Shown piece after piece: positions 1-10,409 of a stretch of 64,000 bases of DNA. The DNA comes from Desulfatiglandales bacterium. GTDB lineage: Bacteria > Desulfobacterota > DSM-4660 > Desulfatiglandales > Desulfatiglandaceae. The stretch covers positions 2,912,001 through 2,976,000 of the forward strand of contig OY759599.1 of assembly GCA_963662465.1 (NCBI GenBank), written 5' to 3'. The position numbers were made by a program, and so were the translations under genes. Position 1 is the stretch's first letter. Each line of letters opens with the position of its first letter. Below the pieces are notes generated by a model, which saw nothing but the letters and a program-made list of their open reading frames with translations, was not told where the DNA came from and ran no database searches.

Positions 1-1
1 G

Positions 2-3000
2 GTCATCGCATCTTTTTCCACCTTTCCCCCATTTGCCTTTGAGGGCGTTGAATGTACCGACAATGCCGGAAAACCCCTTCACATTTCCCCCGACGACCCG
101 AATCCTTTAAAAAACCGATGCAATCCCTTGAGGCAGGTGGCGCTGGTCTTCTCATCACCGGTCATTGGGGAGGAAATCAAGAAAAATGTCACCTTCATTC
201 CGGATCTGGCGGGCGGTCGTACCGACTATGACCCCTGGACCAACCGCTCCGGATATTCACAACTCAGTTATCCCCATAAAAGGGGAGAAACCTATAAGGT
301 TTGGCTTCCGGAACTGCTCAAAGCCTTTCGGGAATACCGTATCAAAAGTGATGCCAACACCCTCAGGGATGAATTTGGACGCCCCCTGGCCGTCCCCATG
401 GACATGCGCTTTAAAACAGACCATCGCCTGCCCGATTTCGTCCTGACGCACCAGCAGGCCGTTCTGGAAAAAGGGGTGGATTCCCGGGTTCCCCTGGTGG
501 TCACCAATCTTGAAAAGGTCGATATCACCTATGACAAACTCACGGTTCATGGAAAAGAAAGCCGGCAAAGGCGTAAAATTTCAATCCCACCGGTCAAGAA
601 CATCGCCTTTAAAATCCCCCTGGAAGCCAGAGAAATGTTGACCGACACATCAGGGGTCGTTCAGGGAACGGTGAAATCCCGGCCCCAGGTCGCCAAGAGC
701 CCCCGGGAACGCTGGTTCATGGCCCAGGCGACGCCTTTTCAGGTACACGCAAAAATCGGTCATTACAATACCCTGGTCTGGGTCACGGATCTTTCCACCG
801 GACAACCGGTTAAAGGGGCCGAGGTGAGTCTTTACCGGGATACCTACGAGGCCCTGCCGCAAACGCCGACCCCGCTGACCCGCGGCACAACGGATGCCGG
901 CGGGGTCGTCATCCTGGCGGGGACGGACGCCATCGATCCACTCCTGACAACGCTGGAAAACTACGACATGAAGAAGCCGCATCTCTTCGCGCGGGTTCAA
1001 AAAGAGAACGACATGGCCCTTCTTCCCCTGGACGGCCCCTTCCGGGTGGACACCTACCGGGCAAGCGGAAATACCCTCTGGCCCGACATGCGACAACGTT
1101 TCGGCCACATGCATACCTGGGGAACCACGGCCCAGGGGGTATACCGGGCCGGCGATACGATTCAATACAAACTCTATGTCCGAAACCAGGACAATGAAAC
1201 CTTTGTACCGCCCCCCCGGGAAGGGTATCGTCTCAAGGTGCTGGACCCCATGGGAAAAACGGTTCATGAAATTAAAGACCTGAGCCTCAATGAATTCGGG
1301 GCCCACAGCGGCGATTTCCAGGTTCCCAAAACCGGCGCCGTGGGATGGTATCGTTTCGAACTCTCCGCAACCTTTGCAAAGTGGGTGCGGGAACCCATGC
1401 GGGTGCTGGTGAGCGATTTCACCCCCTCCCCTTTCAAGGTGACCACGGATCTGAACCATCGGTTTTTTGAAACCGGTGGCGAGGTGGCGGTCGTAACCCG
1501 TGCCAGGCTCCATGCGGGCGGGCCTTATGGGGATGCCCACAACCACGTGACGGCCATCCTTCAAAGCCGCCCGCTGATGCTTAAGGAGAGTGCTTTTCAG
1601 AACTTTCAGTTTGATGCCATTGTACCGAAAGCGCCCCCCGAAGAAACGGTTTATCAAACGGAAAACAAACTGAACAGCCAGGGAAATGCCGATTCAAAAT
1701 TTAAACTGGTGGAAGGGAAAATTCTCTACGGTCGCCTGATGGTGGAAAGTGCCGTGCGCGATGACCGGGGAAAATCCATTGCCGGAAGAACTTACGCCGA
1801 TTATGCGGGCCGGGACCGCTATGTGGGGCTTCGCCGCCTGGCCTGGATCATGACGGAAGATGAGCCTGCTTCAGTCGAGTTGCTGGTAGCGGATGGCCGG
1901 GGAAACCCCGTTCCAGACGTGCCGATCCAGGTGACCCTTTCCCGGCGGGAAACCAAAGCGGCTCGGGTCAAGGGAGCCGGCAACGCCTATATCACCCATT
2001 ACACCCATGAATGGGTGGTAGTGGACCAGGTTAACGTCATATCCGCCAAAGATCCCGTTTCCTGTTCTCTGACGCCTCAAAACCCGGGTTCGCACCGAAT
2101 TACAGCCACCATCAAAGACAGCAAAGAACGGAACCACGAAAGCACGATATACCAATGGGTGGTGGGAAAAGGGCAGGTCGTGTGGGAAGAGAGTCCCGAC
2201 AACCGCCTGGAAATCATTTCTGAAAAGAATGGTTATGGGCCGGGAGAAAAAGCCCGATACCTGGTCAAGAACCCTTTTCCCGGCGCCGAAGCACTGGTGA
2301 CCATTGAACGCTATGGGGTTTTGCGGCATTGGGTTCAGACCCTCGAGGGCAGCACCCCCATGATCGAATTTGAAGTAAAACAGGACGATAGCCCCGGTTT
2401 TTATCTATCCGTGGTGGTCATCTCCCCGAGAGTTGAACAGCCGCCGCTTGAAACGGGCCAGGTGGATCTGGGAAAACCGGCCTTTCGCATGGGCTATGTG
2501 AAGACCGTTGTTTCCGATCCCCAAAAGGAGCTGGTGGTGCATGTAAACCCGGAGCGCGAAACCTACAAACCCGGGGACCGCGTTAAAGTGCGATTAACAG
2601 CAACCACCGTCCTTCAAAACAACCCCGCCCCCATTGAATTGGCGGTGGCGGTTCTGGACGAATCGGTATTTGACCTGATCGCCGAAGGCCGCGACTATTT
2701 TGACCCCTACAAAGGGTTTTACACCCTGGATGGACTGGATCTGGAAAACTTCAGTCTTCTCATGGGGCTGGTGGGACGACAGAAATTTGAAAAAAAGGGG
2801 GCCAACACGGGGGGGGGCGGCGGGCCGGACATCAGCCTTCGGTCGGTGTTCAAATTTGTCAGTTACTGGAATCCATCCATCATCGTCGATAAAGAAGGCG
2901 AAGCGACCATTTCCTTTGACGCGCCCGACAACCTCACCGGCTGGCGGGTTCTGGCCATGGCCGTCACCCCCGGGGATTGCATGGGTCTGGGGGAAGGAAA

Positions 3001-5056
3001 ATTCAACGTCAATCGCCCCACGGAAATCCGACCCGTCATGCCCAACCAGGTGCTGGCAGGCGACAAATTTGAGGCGGGGTTCAGCATTATGAACCGCATG
3101 CCTGAAGACCGCCGACTGACGGCTTCCATTGCGGCATCAGGTCCTATTCAAACCCCCGCGGGAAAAACCGAGGTGGAAAAAACCTTTGAACTGTCGCTAC
3201 CCCCCTTTAAAAGACACACCATCTGGCTGCCCATCGAAACCACGGGGACGGGCAAAATTCAATTCACGGCCAAGGCATGGGACAATAGAGACGGAGACGG
3301 AGACGGACTGACGTACACCCTCGCCGTCAACAAACCGTATTCTCTTGAAACAGCCGCCAACTACGGGAACACCACGGAACCATCCGTCACACAGTCCCTT
3401 CAATTTCCAAAGGACATAAAAACCAACGTGGGGGGGGTTGCCGTTAACTTGTCGCCCACGGTCCTGAGCAATCTTGAAGGCGCATTTTTGTATCTCAAAG
3501 ATTACTCTTACACCTGCTGGGAACAAATCCTGACCAAGAGTGTGACGGCAGCCCGGTATTCAAACCTGAAACCCTACCTCTCTCCGGACTTTAAATGGCC
3601 GGAAAGCGAAAAACTGCCCATGGAAACCCTCAAGCGCACCTTGGATTTTCAAGCCCCCAACGGCGGCATGACCTATTATATTCCTGAAAACCGTTATGTG
3701 AGCCCCTACCTGAGCGCCTACACGGCCCTGGCCTTCAACTGGCTTCGCGATGCGGGTTGCGAAATTCCGGATGTCCTTGAACAGAAACTTCACGCCTACC
3801 TGCTGACCCTCCTGCGCCGCAACACGGTTCCCGATTTCTATTCCAAGGGGATGGCCTCAACGGTGCGGGCCGTCGCTTTGGCGGCCCTGGCAAAACAAGG
3901 AAAAATCAACCGGTCGGACCTGGAACGGTATGACGCCCATGTGAAAGAGATGAGCCTGTTCGGAAAGGCCTATTTTCTGCTGGCGGCCCTGGCCGTTCCC
4001 AAAACAGATGAAATGTGTTCCCGCGTGGCCGATCTGATCCTGAGCCATGGCAACGAATCAGGTGGAAAGATGGTCTTCAGTGAAGCCATTGACGACGGCT
4101 TCAGCCGCATCCTGGCATCGCCTCTCCGTACCAACAGCGCCATTCTAAACGCACTTTGCGCTTATGCCGAAACGGACTCCGGAAAAAAGAAAATCGCCGA
4201 CATCCCCTTCAAGCTGGTGCGATTCATCACCCAGAGCCGGAAGAACCGGGACCACTGGGAAAATACCCAGGCAAACATCTTCTGCCTGAACGGGCTTATG
4301 GACTACGCCGGGCGTTATGAACAAAAAAGTCCTAATTTTACCGTTCGCGCCCTCTTTAACCGGCGCCTCATGGGCCAGGCACGGTTTACCGATATGCGCC
4401 ATGAACCAGCAACCTTTGAGCGACCCATCGGGAAAGACGACCCGGGCCGAACCGCCGCCGTCATCCTGGAACGTAAGGGCCGGGGCCGTCTCTATTACAC
4501 CACGCGGTTATCCTATGCACCCCTTACGGAAAGCATGAAACCCGTGAATGCGGGCATGGAAATTCATCGGGAATACAGCATCCTGGAAAACGAAAAATGG
4601 GTGCTCCTCAAAAGCCCCCTGCACCTCAATCGCGGAGACCTGGTACGGGTGGATCTTTTCTTGTCCCTGCCGGCGGCCCGTAACTTCGTGGTGGTGGATG
4701 ATCCGGTGCCGGGCGGGCTGGAGCCGGTGAACCGGGATCTGGCCACGGCATCCACGGTGGACGCCGACCAGGGCGACTTTAAACCGGCCGACGGCTCCTG
4801 GTGGTACAAAGAGAACGATTGGTACGATTACGGCACCTCCCGATGGCGCTTCTATCACCGGGAATTGCGCGACGATGCGGCCCGTTTCTATTCGGAATAC
4901 CTGCCCGCCGGGAATTATCATCTATCTTATACGGCCCAGGTCATCGCGCCGGGAGAGTTCACGGTTTTGCCCGTCCATGCGGAAGAGATGTATGATCCGG
5001 ATGTTTTTGGAAAGGGCTTGACCGAGCGATTGGTGGTAAATACAATGGGGAACTGA
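2..5056 (+). CDS. Bacterial alpha-2-macroglobulin family protein (MG2/A2M domains), 5' end outside the window
   Basis: Frame is open from base 2 (no stop before the ORF at 128). A2M motifs: YRAGDTIQYK, PDNLTGWRVLA, YTCWEQ (thioester-like region), VVDDPVPGGLE, PVHAEEMYDP. Confidence 0.92.
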   Translation, partial: VIASFSTFPPFAFEGVECTDNAGKPLHISPDDPNPLKNRCNPLRQVALVFSSPVIGEEIKKNVTFIPDLAGGRTDYDPWTNRSGYSQLSYPHKRGETYKVWLPELLKAFREYRIKSDANTLRDEFGRPLAVPMDMRFKTDHRLPDFVLTHQQAVLEKGVDSRVPLVVTNLEKVDITYDKLTVHGKESRQRRKISIPPVKNIAFKIPLEAREMLTDTSGVVQGTVKSRPQVAKSPRERWFMAQATPFQVHAKIGHYNTLVWVTDLSTGQPVKGAEVSLYRDTYEALPQTPTPLTRGTTDAGGVVILAGTDAIDPLLTTLENYDMKKPHLFARVQKENDMALLPLDGPFRVDTYRASGNTLWPDMRQRFGHMHTWGTTAQGVYRAGDTIQYKLYVRNQDNETFVPPPREGYRLKVLDPMGKTVHEIKDLSLNEFGAHSGDFQVPKTGAVGWYRFELSATFAKWVREPMRVLVSDFTPSPFKVTTDLNHRFFETGGEVAVVTRARLHAGGPYGDAHNHVTAILQSRPLMLKESAFQNFQFDAIVPKAPPEETVYQTENKLNSQGNADSKFKLVEGKILYGRLMVESAVRDDRGKSIAGRTYADYAGRDRYVGLRRLAWIMTEDEPASVELLVADGRGNPVPDVPIQVTLSRRETKAARVKGAGNAYITHYTHEWVVVDQVNVISAKDPVSCSLTPQNPGSHRITATIKDSKERNHESTIYQWVVGKGQVVWEESPDNRLEIISEKNGYGPGEKARYLVKNPFPGAEALVTIERYGVLRHWVQTLEGSTPMIEFEVKQDDSPGFYLSVVVISPRVEQPPLETGQVDLGKPAFRMGYVKTVVSDPQKELVVHVNPERETYKPGDRVKVRLTATTVLQNNPAPIELAVAVLDESVFDLIAEGRDYFDPYKGFYTLDGLDLENFSLLMGLVGRQKFEKKGANTGGGGGPDISLRSVFKFVSYWNPSIIVDKEGEATISFDAPDNLTGWRVLAMAVTPGDCMGLGEGKFNVNRPTEIRPVMPNQVLAGDKFEAGFSIMNRMPEDRRLTASIAASGPIQTPAGKTEVEKTFELSLPPFKRHTIWLPIETTGTGKIQFTAKAWDNRDGDGDGLTYTLAVNKPYSLETAANYGNTTEPSVTQSLQFPKDIKTNVGGVAVNLSPTVLSNLEGAFLYLKDYSYTCWEQILTKSVTAARYSNLKPYLSPDFKWPESEKLPMETLKRTLDFQAPNGGMTYYIPENRYVSPYLSAYTALAFNWLRDAGCEIPDVLEQKLHAYLLTLLRRNTVPDFYSKGMASTVRAVALAALAKQGKINRSDLERYDAHVKEMSLFGKAYFLLAALAVPKTDEMCSRVADLILSHGNESGGKMVFSEAIDDGFSRILASPLRTNSAILNALCAYAETDSGKKKIADIPFKLVRFITQSRKNRDHWENTQANIFCLNGLMDYAGRYEQKSPNFTVRALFNRRLMGQARFTDMRHEPATFERPIGKDDPGRTAAVILERKGRGRLYYTTRLSYAPLTESMKPVNAGMEIHREYSILENEKWVLLKSPLHLNRGDLVRVDLFLSLPAARNFVVVDDPVPGGLEPVNRDLATASTVDADQGDFKPADGSWWYKENDWYDYGTSRWRFYHRELRDDAARFYSEYLPAGNYHLSYTAQVIAPGEFTVLPVHAEEMYDPDVFGKGLTERLVVNTMGN

Positions 5057-5153
5057 CGTTCCCGGCGCCATGGGGTTGTTTTTTTACGTCTTCATTTGGA
5101 AAAACCGCTAAATTGACAGGGGATCTGATTCCCATTAAATAAGGGGGGACATC

Positions 5154-6464
5154 GTGCGTTATACTGATTTATACCAGTCCAAGAAAACATCACCGGAAGA
5201 AGCTGTTGCGCCCATGAAGAGTGGGAGTACTTTGCTCGTTGCCATGGCGGCAGGAGCACCGCCTGCCTTGATGGAGGCCATCGCCCATCGGGTTCGATCC
5301 GATGATTTAAAAGATCTTGCTTTATATTATAAGTTAGCGCCACCCAGGCTTACCGAGACCCTTTTGGCGGATGAGGTTTTGCCGAAATTAAAGGCCCATA
5401 CGTTTTTTGTTTCCGGTAAAGATCATGAGATCATCAGGAACCAGGCGAAGACGGGGAAAAAGCTGCTGAGTTTCGTTCCGGTAAACTTCAGTCAGATTCC
5501 CAGACTGGTGACCCAAATGAAACCTGACACCTTTATCGTCCAAGTATCCCCCATGGATGCGGGTGGCTATTTCTCACTGGGCACGAACAACGACTATGCC
5601 TCCACGGCCGCACGGGTTTGTGGTCGGCTGATTGTGGAGGTAAACCCAAACATGCCACGGGTATTTGGTCGTTCTCAAATCCATGTCTCGGAGGTACACG
5701 CCCTGGTGGAAAACACCTCGGACCTTGAAGAGACGCCGACGGTGGAACCCGGTCCGGATGATATAAAAATCGGACAGTTAACCAGTCCATTGGTCCCCGA
5801 TGGGGCTACCCTCCAACTTGGCATCGGGAAGGTTCCTTCGGGCATCGCCCAGGCCCTGATGACTCATAGACATTTAGGGATTCATACGGAACTTTTGTCT
5901 GAGTGTATGGTTGACATGATCGAGAAAGGGGTTGTTACGGGTGAATGCAAACAGCTCCACCCGGGTAAACATGTCTTCACCGTTGCCTTGGGCAGTAAAC
6001 GCCTTTATGACTTCATGAATGACAACGCCTCCATGGAAAGTTACCCGTCTTCCTATGTTAACGGTATCCCCACCGTTGCCCAATTAGATAATTTTATTTC
6101 GATTAACACCGCTATCGAAATTGATCTATATGGTCAGGTAAATGCCGAATTCATTGGGGGTCACGAATACAGCGGCTCGGGGGGCCAATTCGATTTTGTA
6201 AAGGGCGCCTCCTTTTCCAACGGCGGAAAGTCGATCATCGCGTTGCATGCCACTGCCATGAAGGGGACCAAATCTACCATTGTTCCCAAGGTCGCCATGG
6301 TCACGGACAACCGAATGGATGTGGAACACATCGTTACGGAAAACGGAGTGGTCAACCTCCGCGGCCTTTCAACAGCTGAACGTGCCCACGCATTGATCAG
6401 CATTGCGCATCCGCGGTTTCGAGATGAACTTACCGCTGCCGCCCGCAAGGTGGTTTTAATTTAG
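5154..6464 (+). CDS. Acetyl-CoA hydrolase/transferase family (4-hydroxybutyrate CoA-transferase-like)
   Basis: DGATLQLGIG, HLGIHTE, SGSGGQFDFVKGA, IVTENGVVNLRG, LISIAHPRFR motifs. Confidence 0.9.
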   Translation: MRYTDLYQSKKTSPEEAVAPMKSGSTLLVAMAAGAPPALMEAIAHRVRSDDLKDLALYYKLAPPRLTETLLADEVLPKLKAHTFFVSGKDHEIIRNQAKTGKKLLSFVPVNFSQIPRLVTQMKPDTFIVQVSPMDAGGYFSLGTNNDYASTAARVCGRLIVEVNPNMPRVFGRSQIHVSEVHALVENTSDLEETPTVEPGPDDIKIGQLTSPLVPDGATLQLGIGKVPSGIAQALMTHRHLGIHTELLSECMVDMIEKGVVTGECKQLHPGKHVFTVALGSKRLYDFMNDNASMESYPSSYVNGIPTVAQLDNFISINTAIEIDLYGQVNAEFIGGHEYSGSGGQFDFVKGASFSNGGKSIIALHATAMKGTKSTIVPKVAMVTDNRMDVEHIVTENGVVNLRGLSTAERAHALISIAHPRFRDELTAAARKVVLI

Positions 6465-6509
6465 ATGTTCCCGGTTCTTTATTCCTTGAGGCTCTCTGCC
6501 GGCCGTTGG

Positions 6510-8510
6510 TCAAAACGGCAGGCGCAACTGTTCCGGCATTTTCATAAGGGTTTCACCTTCTGAGGCATCCTCTATTGAAACCTCCGCCATATCCTGGGAT
6601 ATAGGATTTTCAATTGCCTGCCCGGAGGATGTTGTTCCCACCAAAGCATCCAGAAATTCCCGGATACAATCCCCGGAAACCCAACCCAGCGGCACGCGGC
6701 GGATGCTTTCCTGTAATTGTTTTTTGAAATAGGCGCCCGTTTCATCCATCCAGTGAACAAACCCTTTCTTCCGGATCTCTTTCTCCATGACGAGCAGGGC
6801 GGAAGCCATTTGAGGTCCCGGTTCGTGCCTTTCCTGCCAATGGTCCGCCGGCAGGATGATTTCCAATGCAATGAGGAGGACCATTGGTCCCGCAGCATGC
6901 AAACTATGTCGACCCAAACCCGAAGCCTGGCTTGCCCTTATCCAGTTGGCATATCCGGTGCGTTTAAATATGACGGCAACCGAAAAAAGATCCTGAAGAG
7001 ACGGAATCCTCTGCCAGAGAGGTTCGGGCACGGATCTTGCGAAATGGTATATTGAAACAGCCTGTTTTTTGAACCGCCACCGGGTTTTGACGGCATCGGA
7101 CACAGGCCAGAGATCCGGTTCCGAGACAAAGAGAAGCGACTGATACAGCTTGCGATTATAAGCCCTGTCGGACGCTCCCCCAAAACCGATTCCAAGATTC
7201 AATTCACTGTTGCCTTCGGCCCATAAACACCAGTGTTGTTCCATGGCAGGCGTCCAGAGCGGGTAGGCATTCAGCGACTCACCGGCGTAGCGTTCCAGCA
7301 TAAAGGATTTACACGCCCTTTTTGTCAGCAAAATCTCCGACCATGTGTTCACGGGGTCTATGGTCTCACAGGTCCCGCGGAGTGCGTACACTTCGGGCGC
7401 CACTTCCAGGATATCCTCATGGGTGGTTAATGCCAATTGTACTGATGTCTCCGGATGCCGGCCGCCGGTCCTTTCGAAAAGCGCTTTCGCAATACTTTGC
7501 CGGCGAGAAAAATCGTTCAATTGAAGGGTTTCCAGAACGATGTCGGCAGCGGTCGTTTCAGACCAGGGTCTTTCGAAGACAACCGACGGCTTCTTTCCAT
7601 CGCTATATTTTTGGGCGACCTCAGTCTCAGGTATGACATCATCAACTTCCGCATAAGGGGCATACTCCCGGACCGAACCCAACGCCGACCATACCTGCTC
7701 ACCTGCTTCGACAAACAGATGCGGTCTTGTCCGTATGGTTGTTTCCGCCATATAAATATTGAGTTGATCGTCATGATAGACCGCATTGTAGTCGTTTACA
7801 AGCTGATCCTGGGTCACGATCATCCCGGCATATCGATAGAGAAAGAGACGATGAAGCCGTATGGCGCGAAGCGCAGAGGACGAAATAGGCCTTTCGGTCG
7901 TGTAACCGCCATAGAAACCCGCAACCCATGGGCTCAAGGCCAGAAGAAACCTGAGAAAAGGCACATCCGCCTGCAACAAAGCGGCTAAATAGCCAACCCC
8001 AAAGGGAGGTGTCTTTTGATTCCAGATCTCAACCAGTTGCGCCACCTTTGCTGTTACGGTTTCGGGGGCGTATTTGCTTCGGAACCAGTCTCTTTCCGCT
8101 TCAGCGGCGTTACATCCAATCCAACTGATAAGGCTGCCGTAACGGCACTTTATGGCTAAGGATATCTCCCCGGGCAGTGCCTCCATGACCATATCATAGT
8201 TTTCACTTTTTCGTATCAAACTACCGGCTTCCGAAATCTCTTCCGCAATCTCATGCCAGATAAGGGTGACCATTTCATCCAGAGCTTCAAAAAACGGTGC
8301 GCATAAAGTAGGTCTTCTAAGGTTCCGGATCGCCCGTAGCTCCATATGAGCGATCCGGGACGCCTTGACCTTAAGCTGTTTTGATATTTTTCCGATGGAT
8401 TGCCGGCCGCTCTCCCCAAGCCCATAGCGCAACATCAAAACGGTCCTCAAATCAGGGGACAATTCGTTCAGGGCAGTGTTCACAAGCACCCGAAAATTGT
8501 TTTTCTTCAT
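6510..8510 (-). CDS. Hypothetical 666-aa protein with an N-terminal sigma-70 region 4-like HTH
   Basis: N-terminus LNELSPDLRTVLMLRYGL...SIGKISKQLKVKASRIAHMELRAIRNLRRP fits the sigma region 4 pattern; the rest is unrecognised. Confidence 0.7.
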   Translation of the reverse strand: MKKNNFRVLVNTALNELSPDLRTVLMLRYGLGESGRQSIGKISKQLKVKASRIAHMELRAIRNLRRPTLCAPFFEALDEMVTLIWHEIAEEISEAGSLIRKSENYDMVMEALPGEISLAIKCRYGSLISWIGCNAAEAERDWFRSKYAPETVTAKVAQLVEIWNQKTPPFGVGYLAALLQADVPFLRFLLALSPWVAGFYGGYTTERPISSSALRAIRLHRLFLYRYAGMIVTQDQLVNDYNAVYHDDQLNIYMAETTIRTRPHLFVEAGEQVWSALGSVREYAPYAEVDDVIPETEVAQKYSDGKKPSVVFERPWSETTAADIVLETLQLNDFSRRQSIAKALFERTGGRHPETSVQLALTTHEDILEVAPEVYALRGTCETIDPVNTWSEILLTKRACKSFMLERYAGESLNAYPLWTPAMEQHWCLWAEGNSELNLGIGFGGASDRAYNRKLYQSLLFVSEPDLWPVSDAVKTRWRFKKQAVSIYHFARSVPEPLWQRIPSLQDLFSVAVIFKRTGYANWIRASQASGLGRHSLHAAGPMVLLIALEIILPADHWQERHEPGPQMASALLVMEKEIRKKGFVHWMDETGAYFKKQLQESIRRVPLGWVSGDCIREFLDALVGTTSSGQAIENPISQDMAEVSIEDASEGETLMKMPEQLRLPF

Positions 8511-8869
8511 CAGTCTGCCCTTCTGTTTTCCGATAATTGCCGGGTTTTCATAAATGCCGTATAGTGAATAAAGAATTGTTCGACGATCAAATTCATATCC
8601 GTTTCTTCTTTTTGGGTTTTTTCCGCAAATTCAGTGTAGATATTCATTGAAAGCCTTACGTAGCAGGCTTTCCGCCCTCTCTTCGGCGGTCTTTTTCCAG
8701 CGCCGCCCACAAAAGATGAATCCAAGCAGTAAACATAGCTCAACAGAAATTGCTCCACGACCCTGGCCGTACTCACCTGATCCTGGTTCGTGGCCGCTTT
8801 GAACCGATCCAGAACACCTTCATCCACAACGAAACAACACCTACGATATCGGGTCTGCTCCTCAATCAT
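8510..8869 (-). CDS. Small protein with two tandem ribbon-helix-helix-like units
   Basis: Internal duplication: RCCFVVDEGVLDRFK...ARVVEQFLLSY and KACYVRLSMNIYTEFA...NLIVEQFFIHY. Its stop overlaps the start of the downstream gene. Confidence 0.55.
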   Translation of the reverse strand: MIEEQTRYRRCCFVVDEGVLDRFKAATNQDQVSTARVVEQFLLSYVYCLDSSFVGGAGKRPPKRGRKACYVRLSMNIYTEFAEKTQKEETDMNLIVEQFFIHYTAFMKTRQLSENRRAD

Positions 8870-9229
8870 GATACATCATTCCTTCCCGGGCGGTGAATTA
8901 TCTTTAAGCGTGCATTTTATTTTGGGGAATACGAAATCGCTTGTTTGGCCGTTGACTATAGAAAGTCTGCACGTTGCAGGTCAAGTTTAAATTTGGGTCT
9001 GTTCAGCTAACCCGTCTAACGGCGTCAATAGCGATGGGTGTTGTGATTTGTTAATTATTGACCTAAAGGCTTTCTACCCAAAGAATTTTATCGACGAAGA
9101 ATTCAAAAGTGTAGGCTATTTCTGCGGCAATAACGATATAAGGGTACGCTAAAATCGTCAGAGTCTCTAGCTGCGACGGGAAAGAGATGAGGTCAATCTC
9201 TTACACCAAGGCCGACTGTATCTTAGCGA

Positions 9230-10378
9230 TTACTTTGGAACAGATGGTATAAGTAAAAGTTCCTGTACTCTTTTTTGAATAAATATTTCTATAATTCTCA
9301 AACGAGATGATTGTAAATTGTATGATTTATGTCTTTTGAATTTGAAATTTATTAATTTTTGCAGTTTTTTCTTTTGATCTTTTGTAATGATCTCTTTTGC
9401 AAAAGTTAAAAAATCTTGAGAATTTGCCATTAATCTTGTTTTTGCATATGCGTCAATATCATATAAATCATTTTTCATTGCATAATTGAAGAGCGATAAA
9501 CCATTATCAAATATAGGTGCGGTGTCTACTACGTTGTTTGTTTTATTATTTACAATTAATCCGAAATTACCAAAATGTCTGTCTTCATTGCAGATAACAG
9601 CATCAAAAATCAGCATATCTACAAGAGAATCATAAAACTTTTTGCCAAGCAATTTGTAATAATCTATAACTGCCAACCACCCACCCTTTGCCACAATTCT
9701 GCCAGTAGGAATATATGATAATTCTTTGCTTGTAAATAACTCGCAGGTTGAGCAAATGCGTTTTTTCCATTGATTTAAATTATATTTTACAGCTTTCAAA
9801 CCCATTGATTCAGCAATTTGAAATGCGTAATATTCAGAATACGGCTCATTTCCTGCATTTGCGGCTCCCCAAGAACCTGTTTTGTAAAGAATTATTTTGT
9901 CGTCCTTCATCCTGCGCCAGCATTTGGGAAGCATACCGTCTGTCGTTAGTTCAGGGGTAGAAGCAAAATCACTTTTTTGTGTATCACCATAACCAGTGTA
10001 GGCAATTAAAGACAATGTGTAGTCAAATCTATTATCATATAAATTATACTCACCATAAATACCTTGAAAGTTATTATCTACAACCCAATAGCAGTCATTA
10101 AGTGATAAACCTTTGCAAATATCAATAATACCTTTGGTGTCATTAACATTTAGTCCGAGTTTTGCAAGAAAACTTTGAACAAACGCTCTGTTTTTAGGAA
10201 TAATCCGCCTTTTTAGCCATAGTAGTAGACCGCTATTTGTAAGTTCTAAGTCAATAGGAAAAAATGACTTATATTTTTCATATGTCTCAATAATTTCAAC
10301 TGACAAGCCTTTAATACCGCTTGATGTTATATTAAATTTTATGAGGGAATTATCAAAATGTTTTAAAATATAATTCAT
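9230..10378 (-). CDS. HipA-like kinase domain protein (AT-rich, foreign-looking)
   Basis: PELTTDGMLPKCW, NEPYSEY and FDAVICNEDRHFGNFG...APIFDNG kinase motifs; DNA visibly much more AT-rich than the flanks. Confidence 0.8.
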   Translation of the reverse strand: MNYILKHFDNSLIKFNITSSGIKGLSVEIIETYEKYKSFFPIDLELTNSGLLLWLKRRIIPKNRAFVQSFLAKLGLNVNDTKGIIDICKGLSLNDCYWVVDNNFQGIYGEYNLYDNRFDYTLSLIAYTGYGDTQKSDFASTPELTTDGMLPKCWRRMKDDKIILYKTGSWGAANAGNEPYSEYYAFQIAESMGLKAVKYNLNQWKKRICSTCELFTSKELSYIPTGRIVAKGGWLAVIDYYKLLGKKFYDSLVDMLIFDAVICNEDRHFGNFGLIVNNKTNNVVDTAPIFDNGLSLFNYAMKNDLYDIDAYAKTRLMANSQDFLTFAKEIITKDQKKKLQKLINFKFKRHKSYNLQSSRLRIIEIFIQKRVQELLLIPSVPK

Positions 10379-10409
10379 TTGTTATACTTTCCGTACAAAT
10401 GATGAGCGC

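Noticed and set aside
9000..9229. attC downstream of the HipA-like gene
   Set aside because: A GTTAGAC core exists on the minus strand near 9020, but no matching inverse core or palindrome was found.
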